Source of the DNA: Spirochaetia bacterium
GTDB taxonomy: Bacteria; Spirochaetota; Spirochaetia; SZUA-6; Bin103
Reading direction: 5' to 3'
NCBI GenBank assembly: GCA_965208575.1
Contig: CBDBOV010000002.1
Span: 224,001 to 288,000 of the forward strand
DNA length: 64,000 nucleotides
A program made the translations under genes and the position numbers. Under the pieces are notes generated by a model that was not told the origin of the DNA, did not search any database, and saw only the letters and a list, made by a program, of their open reading frames with translations. Positions 42,501 to 51,101 of the stretch are shown piece by piece. The stretch's first letter is position 1; every line of letters starts with the position of its first letter.

Positions 42501-42728
42501 CTGCGGCTCACCATCGCCGAGAAGCTCGGCAGCACCGTCGTTCTGGACGACCAGCTCGTGCAGAGCGACCCATCACGCATGCGGTGGCTGTACGAGTTCA
42601 TGGTGCAGTGCGCCAGGGAGTTTCAGATTCTCGTGCTCACCTGCCACCCCGACCGGTACGATCCCGCCGATGGACCCACCGTGCGCTCGATCGACCTCAC
42701 CAAACACGTCGCGCGTACCCGATCGTAG
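39510..42728 (+). CDS. Rad50/SbcC/YhaN-like SMC-type ATPase
   Basis: GPNEIGKST Walker A, long coiled coils, LSVGTRDQ signature, VLDD Walker B, LTCH. Confidence 0.9.
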   Translation: MWIRQISVRHFAGIRSAEVSFGHGLNVLYGPNEIGKSTLVDAMRAGLLLLHGATAARDFEDWHTDQPPRVELTFETEPQRIWRVRKSFGKGADGSSYLEFSRDGKTFTQEAKGRQVDGRIRELLRWGLQPPGGKGSKKGFSESFLATTLLADQREVAAVLDRSLDEDSDESGKGQLTAALQALVQDPVFRTVVARTQERVDEAFTGTGQRSRRRGSPWINLRDQRQAADQRRTEMRRRVTESDDARTRVKRFSDELDEARSQLDNARRHRKRIDMAWIRQQARDTAGAEIAEAERERGRIHGLHADLDQANRELSAAKEAVSAADKGMEQAAETERRARDGLQTARDRLAELESGDARQKRTIRTQEIENLRLKNRNRRTEAERVRADASAVRVLEAAAQRLRADLASRSRELTATRSRVQQAQQQDRKDAAEISRVTERTLALKLLASRRQLAEIDESVQRARKLRAAAQAKTERAKALRAAIEGLSLPDSEQLEKLRTLQTELRVAEETLQVGVSVEITPARALSVTTRADDGPPRTDDVTRPVSVEAAARLRLELEGVGQIEIQGGRRDSRQRASRLRTQWADATTALFQRLEVDDLDEVFAMCRTGENKLAEADRLAREAEQECERAAAAAYEDAFTTERERERDRLERQLGASLGERDLEEFVRRCASGDGADTAALDDQLESIRADRDRRTGLIADLGRQVSRAEGSIESSRQELDKQEAALEDQRKALDDCWEAALAQAEAELNALGEEDRNLGKELETLQTGAGNEIEQARTRVRERTQRLAVAESRSTARRETVESAREARDRLTGRVDERAALVQREDLAAARAHLEALRARFAELPVPEKGVTERDRERAEEAVRLLADECNARQAELQKAEGALQQVGGHSVQEQLEQADEAVKAIDRREGEVEIEYGAWKLLLETLREAEAEDAVHLGKALVEPVSRRVSELTGGAYGEVSIAPTLSTEHIEAAGSKRELSRLSVGTRDQLATVLRLTIAEKLGSTVVLDDQLVQSDPSRMRWLYEFMVQCAREFQILVLTCHPDRYDPADGPTVRSIDLTKHVARTRS

Positions 42729-42828
42729 CACCTCGACGGCCGTGCGCACGTTCAACACCGCCACGCCGGTGCACACAGCGGCGTCGGTGGTGGTGACAGG
42801 CGAGCCGCATGGCGCGACAATGGCGGCC

Positions 42829-44421
42829 GTGCGCACGTTCAATACCGCCGGTCCGATCGATCCGGAGGATCACTACCACATCCCGCCACTGGAGCGGATC
42901 GACCTCGACGCCGTGCTCGGCTTGGTGGCAGACAAGAAGTACTTCGTGCTGCACGCGCCGCGGCAGACCGGCAAGACGTCGGCGCTGCTGGCGCTGCGCG
43001 ACCTGCTGAACGGCGGGCAGGCGGGCGATTATCGCTGCCTGTATGCCAACGTCGAGAACGCTCAGGCGGTGCGCGAGAACGTGGCCGAAGCGATGCGCAC
43101 CGTACTTGCCGAGTTGGCATTCCAGGCGAGCGTGACGCTGGGCGACGAGACCCTGGAGGAGTTGTGGCCGGCGCTACTGGAACGGGTCGGGCCGGCCCAG
43201 GCGTTGCGCCAGGCACTGGCGCGCTGGTGCATGGCGGATCCGCGTCCGCTGGTGCTCCTGATCGACGAGATCGACGCCCTGGTGGGCGACAGCCTGCTGT
43301 CGGTGCTGCGCCAATTGCGCACCGGGTACGTCGACCGCCCACGGCGCTTTCCGCACAGCATCGTCCTGTGCGGGCTGCGCGACGTGCGCGACTACCGCAT
43401 CCACTCGTCGGCAGAGGATCGCCTGGTGCTCGGTGGCAGCGCGTTCAACATCAAGTCGGAGTCGTTGCGGCTCGGCGACTTCAGCGAGCGGGAGATCCGC
43501 GCGCTGACCGCGCAGCACACGCAACAGACCGGGCAGGCGTTCACGGAAGATGCGCTGGAGCTGATCGGGGAGCGCACCGCCGGCCAGCCGTGGCTGGTGA
43601 ACGCGCTGTGCTACGACGCCTGCTTCCGCCACAGGCCGGGCCGCGACCGTACGCGCCCGATCACCGCGGCCGCCATCCTGGAGGCACAGGAGCGGTTGAT
43701 CCTGCGCCGCGACACTCACGTAGACGACCTGGCGAACAAGCTGCGCGAGGAGCGCGTCCGGCGCGTGATCGAGCCGATCCTGGCCGGCGCCGACGAGATC
43801 GGATGCTCCGAGGAAGATCTCGCGTACGTCCTCGATCTCGGGCTGGTGGCACGGGGTGCCGACGGGCCGCCGCGCATCGCCAACCCGATCTACGCCGAGG
43901 TAGTGCCGCGCCATCTGAACTACGTGGTCCAGGAGACACTGCCGCAACGAATGGCGTGGTACGTGGGTGCAGACGGCGCCCTGGACGTGGACGGGCTGAT
44001 CGCGGCGTTCCAGGCGTTCTTCCGGGAGCACTCCGAGCACTGGGTGCAGCGCATTGAGCAGTACCACGAGGCGGGGCCGCAGTTGCTTCTGCAGGCGCAC
44101 CTGCAGCGGGTGGTGAACGGCGGCGGGCGCATCGAGCGGGAGTACGCGCTGGGGCGGGGCAGGACCGACCTGCTCATCGGGTGGCCGCAGCGCGGACGCG
44201 AGCGGCGCTGGGTAGTGGAGTGCAAGGTGCGCCGCGGCGACCTGGAGCGCACCGTCGCGGAGGGGCTGGCGCAGACGCGCGCCTACCTGGACCGGTGCGG
44301 CGCCGAGGCGGGCCACCTGATCGTGTTCGACCGCTCACCGGAGCGCACCTGGGAGCAGAAGATCTTCCGCCGCCCGCCGCCGCCCGGCGTGGGTATCCCG
44401 GTAACGGTGTGGGGCATGTAG
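42829..44421 (+). CDS. AAA ATPase with C-terminal PD-(D/E)xK nuclease-like domain (paralog 2)
   Basis: Same length (530 aa) and near-identical sequence to 33651..35243. Confidence 0.87.
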   Translation: MRTFNTAGPIDPEDHYHIPPLERIDLDAVLGLVADKKYFVLHAPRQTGKTSALLALRDLLNGGQAGDYRCLYANVENAQAVRENVAEAMRTVLAELAFQASVTLGDETLEELWPALLERVGPAQALRQALARWCMADPRPLVLLIDEIDALVGDSLLSVLRQLRTGYVDRPRRFPHSIVLCGLRDVRDYRIHSSAEDRLVLGGSAFNIKSESLRLGDFSEREIRALTAQHTQQTGQAFTEDALELIGERTAGQPWLVNALCYDACFRHRPGRDRTRPITAAAILEAQERLILRRDTHVDDLANKLREERVRRVIEPILAGADEIGCSEEDLAYVLDLGLVARGADGPPRIANPIYAEVVPRHLNYVVQETLPQRMAWYVGADGALDVDGLIAAFQAFFREHSEHWVQRIEQYHEAGPQLLLQAHLQRVVNGGGRIEREYALGRGRTDLLIGWPQRGRERRWVVECKVRRGDLERTVAEGLAQTRAYLDRCGAEAGHLIVFDRSPERTWEQKIFRRPPPPGVGIPVTVWGM

Positions 44422-44448
44422 ATTCCGCCGTACAGCCGCCCGCGGCGG

Positions 44449-44688
44449 TTACGGCAGCGCTATAGTCGGCGAAGTCTTCCAACGGCGCGTCGAAGTCCGG
44501 CGCGATGTAGGTAACGTCCCCTTGGCGAAACCTGCCCGGCGCGAGAGGCTGGGCGGCGCGACCGGCCTGAGCTCCGCGATCCGCTTCCCGCGCCGCGTCA
44601 GGTAGAAGCTCTTACCTTCAAGAACCTGGTCCAACAGCGCTGACAGGTTGGTCTTCGCCTCCAACGTGCCGATCTCTCTCATTTCCAT
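44449..44688 (-). pseudogene. Phd/YefM antitoxin with frameshifted DUF2281-like tail; no toxin downstream
   Basis: EAKTNLSALLD...TRRGKRIAEL; the motif YIAPDFDAPLEDFADY lies in another frame near 44515. Confidence 0.7.
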
Positions 44689-44749
44689 CGGAACCCAATG
44701 TAGTCAGACTAGTCAGATCATGCATCAGCTCCGGCTGGCTCAGTGGGTG

Positions 44750-45199
44750 CTACGCCTGGGCGGCGAGGTGGGGGGCGATGCGCTCTTCGTTGAGTTCGTA
44801 GCCGAGGCCGGGGGCGGTCGGGGGGATGATGTGGCCGTCCTGCCAGGCGATCGGCTCGGTGAGGATGTCGCGGTGGAACTCGGAGAAGGTTTCGATGCCC
44901 TCCTGGATGAGGAAGTTGGGCGAGCACACGTCGACGTGGATCGCCGCGGCGGCGGCGAACGGGCCGCCCCACACGTGCGGGGCGATGTGCGCGTAGTGGG
45001 TCTCGGCCATGGTGGCGATCTTGCGGGTTTCCGAGATGCCGCCGGTGATCGACAGGTCCATCTGGATGATCGAGGCGGCCTGCTTCTGCAGCAGCGGCAG
45101 GAACTCCCAGCGGGTCATGAGCCGTTCGCCGGTGGCCACCGGGATCGAGGTGGCCTGCGCCACGCGCGCCATCTCGTCGACGTTGCCGGAACCCGCCAC
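44750..45199 (-). pseudogene. C-terminal fragment of mandelate racemase / galactonate dehydratase-family enzyme
   Basis: PVATGERL, IIQMD...GGISETRKIA, APH, PNFLIQE, PTAPGLG; N-terminal part absent. Confidence 0.8.
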
Positions 45200-45332
45200 C
45201 CGGTGGGCAGCCGCACTAGGGATCGACGGGTCGGATCTGCTGCTGGAGGTGCTGCATCCACCGCCACTTGGTGCGTCTGGCTGCCGAATCGATGAGGGTC
45301 TGTTGTGTCCCCATCTGATACAACGGAGGTGT

Positions 45333-45863
45333 TCAGCCCAGATCGCCGATCGAGCTCAGTCGAAAGCGCATAGCAGCATCGCTCACCCGAAAGCGCTTGG
45401 CCAATGCTGAGACGGCCGGGTCATCCTCCAGGTCAACGGATCGACCTTGCACGGCAGAAATTAGAAGCGACCTCGGCATAAGCAACTCGGCTGCGAACGC
45501 GTTTGCCTCAATCTCGATAGGGTCCACGCCTGCCGCGGCGAGCGCGTCACGCCGCAGTGATCCCCGATCTACGTGTACGACGCGTTCAAGCTCCTCGCGG
45601 TGGAGTTGAATGTGTGCTAGTTCATGGGCGAGCGTGAAGCGCTGACGATTGGGAGCGTGCTGGGTGTTGATGGCAATGATTGACACGCCGGCCCGAATGT
45701 GGGCGAGACCGGACAACTCATCATTAAGAGGCGCGTACTCCAACCGCACTCCAAGCGACCTGGCAATACGCTCGACAGGTACCGGTGGCCCTTTGACACC
45801 ATGTTGCGCCAGCAGCTCGCGTGCGGCCTTCCGAGCTCTGCCTCTGTGAGCGCGTCGTGTCAT
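45333..45863 (-). CDS. ImmA/IrrE (CapP-like) zinc metallopeptidase
   Basis: RQRFTLAHELAH (HExxH), EIEANAFAAELLMP. Confidence 0.92.
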   Translation of the reverse strand: MTRRAHRGRARKAARELLAQHGVKGPPVPVERIARSLGVRLEYAPLNDELSGLAHIRAGVSIIAINTQHAPNRQRFTLAHELAHIQLHREELERVVHVDRGSLRRDALAAAGVDPIEIEANAFAAELLMPRSLLISAVQGRSVDLEDDPAVSALAKRFRVSDAAMRFRLSSIGDLG

Positions 45864-46216
45864 TACGAGTTCTTTCTCGGAAGACTACCGGCGAAGGCCG
45901 AGGCAAGCACGCCCTGTACCGCCGATCGCTCCTGAGAGCTCAAGGTCGAACCACTGACTTTGATTCTCGGCAGAGGCTCGCCGGATACCCATATATCGGG
46001 CACTAGATCCAAAACTGACCTGAGCTTCAGCGCGTTCACGAGCGCGAAGAGTTGATGAACCATAATACGCTGCCGGCCGTTTTCGAGGTTGGCGAGCGAC
46101 GCCCTGGAGAGCCCTATCCTCTCTGCGACGTCGCCTTGGGTGAAGCCAAGCTCTCCGCGTCGCTCGGCAACAGCCCGTCCAAGCCGTCGATAGAGTTCCA
46201 TATCCGCCATCACCAT
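45863..46216 (-). CDS. XRE-family HTH regulator (CapH-like)
   Basis: TQGDVAERIGLSRASLANLENGRQ; translationally coupled to the peptidase. Confidence 0.9.
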   Translation of the reverse strand: MVMADMELYRRLGRAVAERRGELGFTQGDVAERIGLSRASLANLENGRQRIMVHQLFALVNALKLRSVLDLVPDIWVSGEPLPRIKVSGSTLSSQERSAVQGVLASAFAGSLPRKNS

Positions 46217-46379
46217 AAACTGCCCGGTTCGCCGGTGGGCGTCAAGCTGACGCTCAAGTAAGTCGGGTGCGAACGATAAAACGGACGGTGATCATAATAA
46301 AGGTGTACCGGCCCGAGGACGCGGAGGCGAACATCCTGGAGCTGGATCGGCGAGGCGACAGTGCGCGGCTTCACATCGA

Positions 46380-47640
46380 CCGCCGGTAGTCGGGAGCGCG
46401 GGTTCCATGGCGCAGTCACAGCCCAGCCCGATCGATTGCCGCATGCGATCCGCCGGTCCGCCCGCGTTCCTTGGGTTCGACCGTGGCGACCGGAGCGCGC
46501 CGCCGCCCGCGACGCGTTGCGCCGCTCAGCTTCGAACCGCCGTCCGGCCGCGAGAGTTGCACGGTGTGGGACACCGGCCACCCCCGCGTCCCGGCCATCG
46601 CCGGCGAAGCGGCCCGACCGCCGCTGCCACGCATCGCCCTCGGTTGCGGCATGGGTGATCCGCCTCGCGATGGCGTCCCGGCGCCGAAGCGGGGGCGCCA
46701 CGAATGCGTTGCGCTTCCTCGACATGCGCAGGCTGCTTTGGCGCCCAAGGACGGGGAGTGCCACTCCATCTGCCGCCAACGATGTGTCAGCCCGCTCGAT
46801 CTCGCTCTGCGGCCCGACATCCGTCCCTTTCGCGTGCGCCACGTTCCACTGCACGGTCTCCGTGGCGAGTTTACCGTCAATGTCGAGGAGTATGTCGCGA
46901 AATCGCGCCGTGCCGCATGGCTGAGCGTTCGCGCGCCGTGGACCGAGGCGTTCCCACCCGGACGGCGCGACTACCATGGCCGTGCCGGGTCGTAGCGGTC
47001 CAGGCCGTCCCGCACCAGCCGCGCCTCCAGCCCGCCCAGCGCCAGGTGCGGGTCCTGGTGCGACAGCAACACCTTTTTCCAGCCCATGCCGGCACTCCGC
47101 GTCGACCACCGCATTCAACTCCCAGCGCCCGCCCGCGACGCGCGCATCCGGTTGCTCGGCTGCGCCAACTTCGGGTCCACCTCCGCCTGCATCTGCTGCC
47201 CTTCGCGGGTGCTCTTGCCTGTCGCCTGCTTTACGAGCTTCTCGCGCGCGGCCGCGTCCAAACACCGGCACGGCTGCGGGTGCCGGGCCGCGCTCGCCGC
47301 CGCGCACTGGTGCGGCCGGCAGCGGTTCCACTGGTGCGCCGTCACTCCGCCGCGCACCGCCAAGGTCGCAACTGCTGGCGCCGCCGGCGGATGGCCCTGG
47401 TTGCGTTCATTTGCGTCGCGTTGCTCAGTTCAGCGAACCGTCGCGCAGCGGTTCGCGCGCCCCGCCGGTCTGGCTGCAAAGCCGCATCGCCTTGACGCAC
47501 CGCCAGGCGGCGGGCCGCGGGTGTAATCCAGTTCGTGCACGACGTAGCCGAACAGGCTGCCGTATCCGCGGGTCAGGTGGAGCCGGCGCGCCTTGATCTC
47601 GCGCGGGTGGCGAGCGAAATCCGTGTGTAGTGCAAACATT
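46380..47640 (-). pseudogene. Degraded DUF222/HNH-endonuclease-like gene remnant
   Basis: Fragments in different frames: EIKARRLHLTRGYGSLFGYVVHELDY, LVKQATGKSTREGQQM, GRWELNAVVDAEC; boundaries approximate. Confidence 0.45.
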
Positions 47641-47663
47641 TCAAAGAATCGGCGTCGGTGTGA

Positions 47664-47692
47664 TTGACAACTTTGTAAGATGCGATTATTGT
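47664..47692 (+). promoter_or_regulatory. Sigma70-type promoter of the Bil-like operon with overlapping imperfect palindrome
   Basis: TTGACA (47664) - 17 bp - TATTGT; ACAActTTGT dyad overlaps the -35 box. Confidence 0.55.
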
Positions 47693-47757
47693 GTGAGTCA
47701 CGACGGTGGGGACGGCCCATCGGACGATCTCCGCATCTGCGGACGAAGGAGACTAGA

Positions 47758-48306
47758 ATGACTGAGAGCGTTGACGAGCGCGGTAACCACACCAGCGACG
47801 AGTGCACACAGGCCCCCGGCAAGGTCGTAGTACCGGTGAAGTGGGATCTCGGCGACGAGCGAGTCGTCGAAATAGAACTGGGCAGTCCGGTCACCGTTAT
47901 CCTCGGACTCATCGCCGCCGAACGCAGCTGCTTGGCCGAGGAGTTAGTGTTGGTTCGCGAAGGGGCGGACGAACCACTTTCGTCCGCCATCGCAATCGAC
48001 GAGAACTACCCCTACGACCGTCGCCACCACGTTCATCACTCAGGAGAGGTGGCCGTGACGGTGTTCTATCAGGCGGACCGACAATGTCAGGCGTTCAAGC
48101 GGTTTGAGGCTGTCAAGGATGTTCTTGCGTGGGCGATCCACGTGTTCAACGTCGACTTGAGTTTGGCAGCGGAGTTCGAACTAACGCGCCATGGCCAGAA
48201 GGAAGAACTCCGCTCACATGAACACATCGGCCACTTGGCCGGAAAGGAGTGCGAGCTTGCGCTTGACCTCGTGCGTGGCGACATCGCTAACGGAAGCGGG
48301 TCGTGA
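47758..48306 (+). CDS. bilA: Ubiquitin-like (ISG15-like) protein, BilA-like
   Basis: AAGGAG RBS; ~182 aa compatible with two beta-grasp domains; ends ...DLVRGDIANG-SGS; first gene before E2/JAB/E1. Confidence 0.7.
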   Translation: MTESVDERGNHTSDECTQAPGKVVVPVKWDLGDERVVEIELGSPVTVILGLIAAERSCLAEELVLVREGADEPLSSAIAIDENYPYDRRHHVHHSGEVAVTVFYQADRQCQAFKRFEAVKDVLAWAIHVFNVDLSLAAEFELTRHGQKEELRSHEHIGHLAGKECELALDLVRGDIANGSGS

Positions 48307-48779
48307 TCGCCGATCCTAGCATTGCCCGTGTCGAAGCCGATCTCCAGGAGGGCGATTTTCTCAGCGGCCGCGATGCAGGTCGTTGGCACGTGATCTCATT
48401 CGAGTTCCCGAACTTGAATTTTATTGTGTCCGCGACCGAGCCGGACGGCACTGCCAGCGAGTACGGATTCCGGGCCGAGTTATCGAGCTTTCCGGGCCAG
48501 CCTCCAATGGTCAGGATCTGGGACCACGAGCAGAACAGTCCCCTTGATTTGGACTATCGCCCAAAGGGAGGTCCAAGAGTCCAGACGACCTTCCAGTGTT
48601 GGGGATCTGATACCGTGTACCGCCCGTGGGACCGCCTCACCGGTCCCCACAATGGCAACGCCACACGGTTTCCACATCTTGCATGGCATCCAGAGCGTCG
48701 TCTCGTTTTTGTTTTTGAGGACCTCCATGGGATACTTAATAGCAACGCTCGCGCGCAGAGTCTTCGGGCCTCAGCCTGA
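48303..48779 (+). CDS. bilB: E2-like conjugating enzyme, BilB-like
   Basis: GRW, FPGQPP..RIWD, YRPWDR...HLAW pattern; GTGA overlap with Ubl gene. Confidence 0.65.
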   Translation: MIADPSIARVEADLQEGDFLSGRDAGRWHVISFEFPNLNFIVSATEPDGTASEYGFRAELSSFPGQPPMVRIWDHEQNSPLDLDYRPKGGPRVQTTFQCWGSDTVYRPWDRLTGPHNGNATRFPHLAWHPERRLVFVFEDLHGILNSNARAQSLRASA

Positions 48780-49248
48780 GATCCTCTGCAGCTCATCGGT
48801 TTGGCATGCCGGTGTCGCAGAGCTCAGGCGACGTGCTGGCGGTTTTCGCGAGAGTGGAGCTTTTCTGCTAGGATCGAAGCGTGAGGCGCGGCGGGTTGAG
48901 GAGTTTGTGTTCTACGACGACATAGATCCGAACGCGCTGAACAATGGAGTTGTCGAAATCGACGGACGTCGACTAGGCGACCTCTGGATGCGCTGTCGGG
49001 AGACAGGGCGGGCTGTCGTAGCCGACGTCCATGTTCATCCTGGTCATTTCCGGCAGAGCGAGTCGGATCGCGCCAATCCCATAATTGCGGAGGTTGGCCA
49101 CATCGCGATTATCCTCCCGGATTTTGTCAAGCGGGAGACTCGCCCCGGTGGAATCGGCGTGTATGAGTACCTTGGCTCGCGCAGTTGGAAGGATCGAAGT
49201 TCCGATCTCCCGTCGCCGTTTCACGTTGGGTGGTGGCCATGGCGCTAG
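48727..49248 (+). CDS. bilC: JAB/JAMM metallopeptidase (DUB), BilC-like
   Basis: RESGAFLLG...DVHVHP...QSESD (E...HxH...SxxD). Confidence 0.85.
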   Translation: MGYLIATLARRVFGPQPEILCSSSVWHAGVAELRRRAGGFRESGAFLLGSKREARRVEEFVFYDDIDPNALNNGVVEIDGRRLGDLWMRCRETGRAVVADVHVHPGHFRQSESDRANPIIAEVGHIAIILPDFVKRETRPGGIGVYEYLGSRSWKDRSSDLPSPFHVGWWPWR

Positions 49249-50576
49249 AAAAGCAGATCGCACGTCTCGCAAGAATACTGGTCGACAATGAGAACATCTC
49301 TTTTGATGAGGCTCAGGGTAGGCTACGGGCGCTTACCCTCGAGATCGTTGTTGGGCCCGAGGCCGTGACACCCGCCGCCCACGCGGCCGTGCTAACGGCG
49401 ATATCGGTGGCGAGTAGAACGTTCGTAGGCGGAGTGCGGGTAATAGGGGCAGTAGACGGCCCCCTCGCGTCAGCCCTTCCAATCAGAGCAGATAGTCTTG
49501 CCAGCGCTGCGACGTTAGTAGGCGCCTCAGTGTTCAAAGGCGCACCCTCGCGCCGGATTCTCGTCTGTCCGAGTAGAGAGTTGTCCGACTCCTGCGACAC
49601 TTCGCCGTGGTGGAACGGCTGGAGGGCGGGTACGGCTAGGCCCGGACAAGCGAGGTGGGATGATGGACACAATCCGCTGCCCGGTGTCGCTGCCGGTGCA
49701 CTGGCTGTAGGTGCAGCCTTCGAGGTTGAGCGGGTAGGCAGCCGCCACGTCGGAACTGCGGTCAACCTCTGGCCTACCGAGCCCGGGACCCTGGCGCCGC
49801 GCTTCACGGAGGTGTTTCTCCCTGGAGCACTCTGGATCATTGGCGTCGGTAACTTGGGACAGGCATTCCTCTGGGCTCTCGCGGCGCTGCCTTACCGTGA
49901 TCCCACGAGTGTCTCGGTCGTCCTTCAAGATCACGACAAGATTACCGAGGAGAATTGGGGTACGTCAGTGTTAGTCGACGGCGAGTCCTACGGGATGCTA
50001 AAGACTAAGCTCGCTGAGCAGTGGGTGCTGGACAAAGGCTTCGAGGTTCGAAGAATCGATCGTCGTCTTATTGCAAGTGACCGCCTCGACAACAACGATC
50101 CACGCCTCGCGTTCTCGGGAGTAGATAAGGTCGAACCGCGTAAGCTCATGGCGAAGGTGGGTTACGACTGTATAGTCGATGCTGGGCTTGGGCGCACCTC
50201 CTCCGATTTCGACCGATATCGGGTCACCGTGTGCGATCGCACTCGCCCAATAGACAGACACTTCGACGGGCAACACGATGAGCCTGTGAGAGCGGAGATC
50301 CCGGCGGGCGATGCGTATCAACGCCTCGAGGCGGAGATCGGGCGTTGTGGGGCAGTGGAGATCGGTGGAGCTAGTGTTGCGGCTCCACATGTGAGCGCTG
50401 TTGCGGCGGCTTTGGCAGTTTCTCGCACGATTGCTATCGCTTCCGGCTGTAAGTGCCCCGCGAACGAGGTTGGAAAGCTTTCGTTATCGGAAGTTGCGAA
50501 GATTGCACCGTTGACTACGGTAGAGGGTCGAGGCATCTTCCACGCCGGGACACCGAACCCTAGCGCATACCAATAG
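49239..50576 (+). CDS. bilD: E1-like (ThiF/MoeB family) activating enzyme, BilD-like
   Basis: Inactive-looking N-terminal half then GVGNLG, DHD, N..TS, K, GVD...R, DAGLG and RCG candidate catalytic Cys. Confidence 0.8.
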   Translation: MALEKQIARLARILVDNENISFDEAQGRLRALTLEIVVGPEAVTPAAHAAVLTAISVASRTFVGGVRVIGAVDGPLASALPIRADSLASAATLVGASVFKGAPSRRILVCPSRELSDSCDTSPWWNGWRAGTARPGQARWDDGHNPLPGVAAGALAVGAAFEVERVGSRHVGTAVNLWPTEPGTLAPRFTEVFLPGALWIIGVGNLGQAFLWALAALPYRDPTSVSVVLQDHDKITEENWGTSVLVDGESYGMLKTKLAEQWVLDKGFEVRRIDRRLIASDRLDNNDPRLAFSGVDKVEPRKLMAKVGYDCIVDAGLGRTSSDFDRYRVTVCDRTRPIDRHFDGQHDEPVRAEIPAGDAYQRLEAEIGRCGAVEIGGASVAAPHVSAVAAALAVSRTIAIASGCKCPANEVGKLSLSEVAKIAPLTTVEGRGIFHAGTPNPSAYQ

Positions 50577-50697
50577 ATACTTGAAGACGTCATCCAGACG
50601 CATGGGCAAGCAGCACCACTGCCGTTGTGCGTGCATCTACGGTACTACCATCAAGCGTGCGATCAGCTCTTTCTCGGCTATGCTGACGGCTGTTTCC

Positions 50698-51101
50698 CTA
50701 CGTATGGATCTCTCCAAGCCAGGCGAAGTCGAGGTGCCGCCGAGTAAGCGAAATGACGTATGGCCCGGGCATGTAGTGAGCGAGGGCAAGGACCGAATTC
50801 CGATGATAGTCGATCACATGTGCGGCCTCGTCCTCGGTTGACAGGCGGGTGACGAAGACCACCAGCCCCAACCGCGCATTCTGTATTGCTTGCAGCTCTA
50901 CTAGCCTGCGCCGGAGTCTTTTGTCGCCGGTCACGGCAATTCAGCGCCGCGCCGCCACGTTCGGGATCCAGTCTACGTCGCGATCACGGGAGTCGATACC
51001 TCGCACGTCGCGGTGCGTGACCGCGTGCAGGTTCATCTCCCGCAGTAAGCCGACGAGTCGAGGACCGTAAGTCTCGGCCACGAGAAGGTGGGAGGCGTCA
51101 C
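50698..51101 (-). pseudogene. VapC45-like PIN toxin pseudogene
   Basis: DVDWIPNVAARR*IAVTGDKRLRRR (TGA where Trp is expected) plus frameshift near the start. Confidence 0.6.

Noticed and set aside
35304-42728. Wadjet or Lamassu assignment
   Set aside because: No kleisin/KITE/JetD or LmuA-type effector recognisable; partner is an Mre11-like phosphoesterase
46260-47640. Insertion sequence or transposase
   Set aside because: No DDE motif or terminal inverted repeats recognised; fragments fit an HNH/DUF222-like remnant better
47758-50576. CBASS type II (Cap2/Cap3) assignment
   Set aside because: No CD-NTase or effector gene; E1 and E2 are separate and a Ubl-like gene leads the operon
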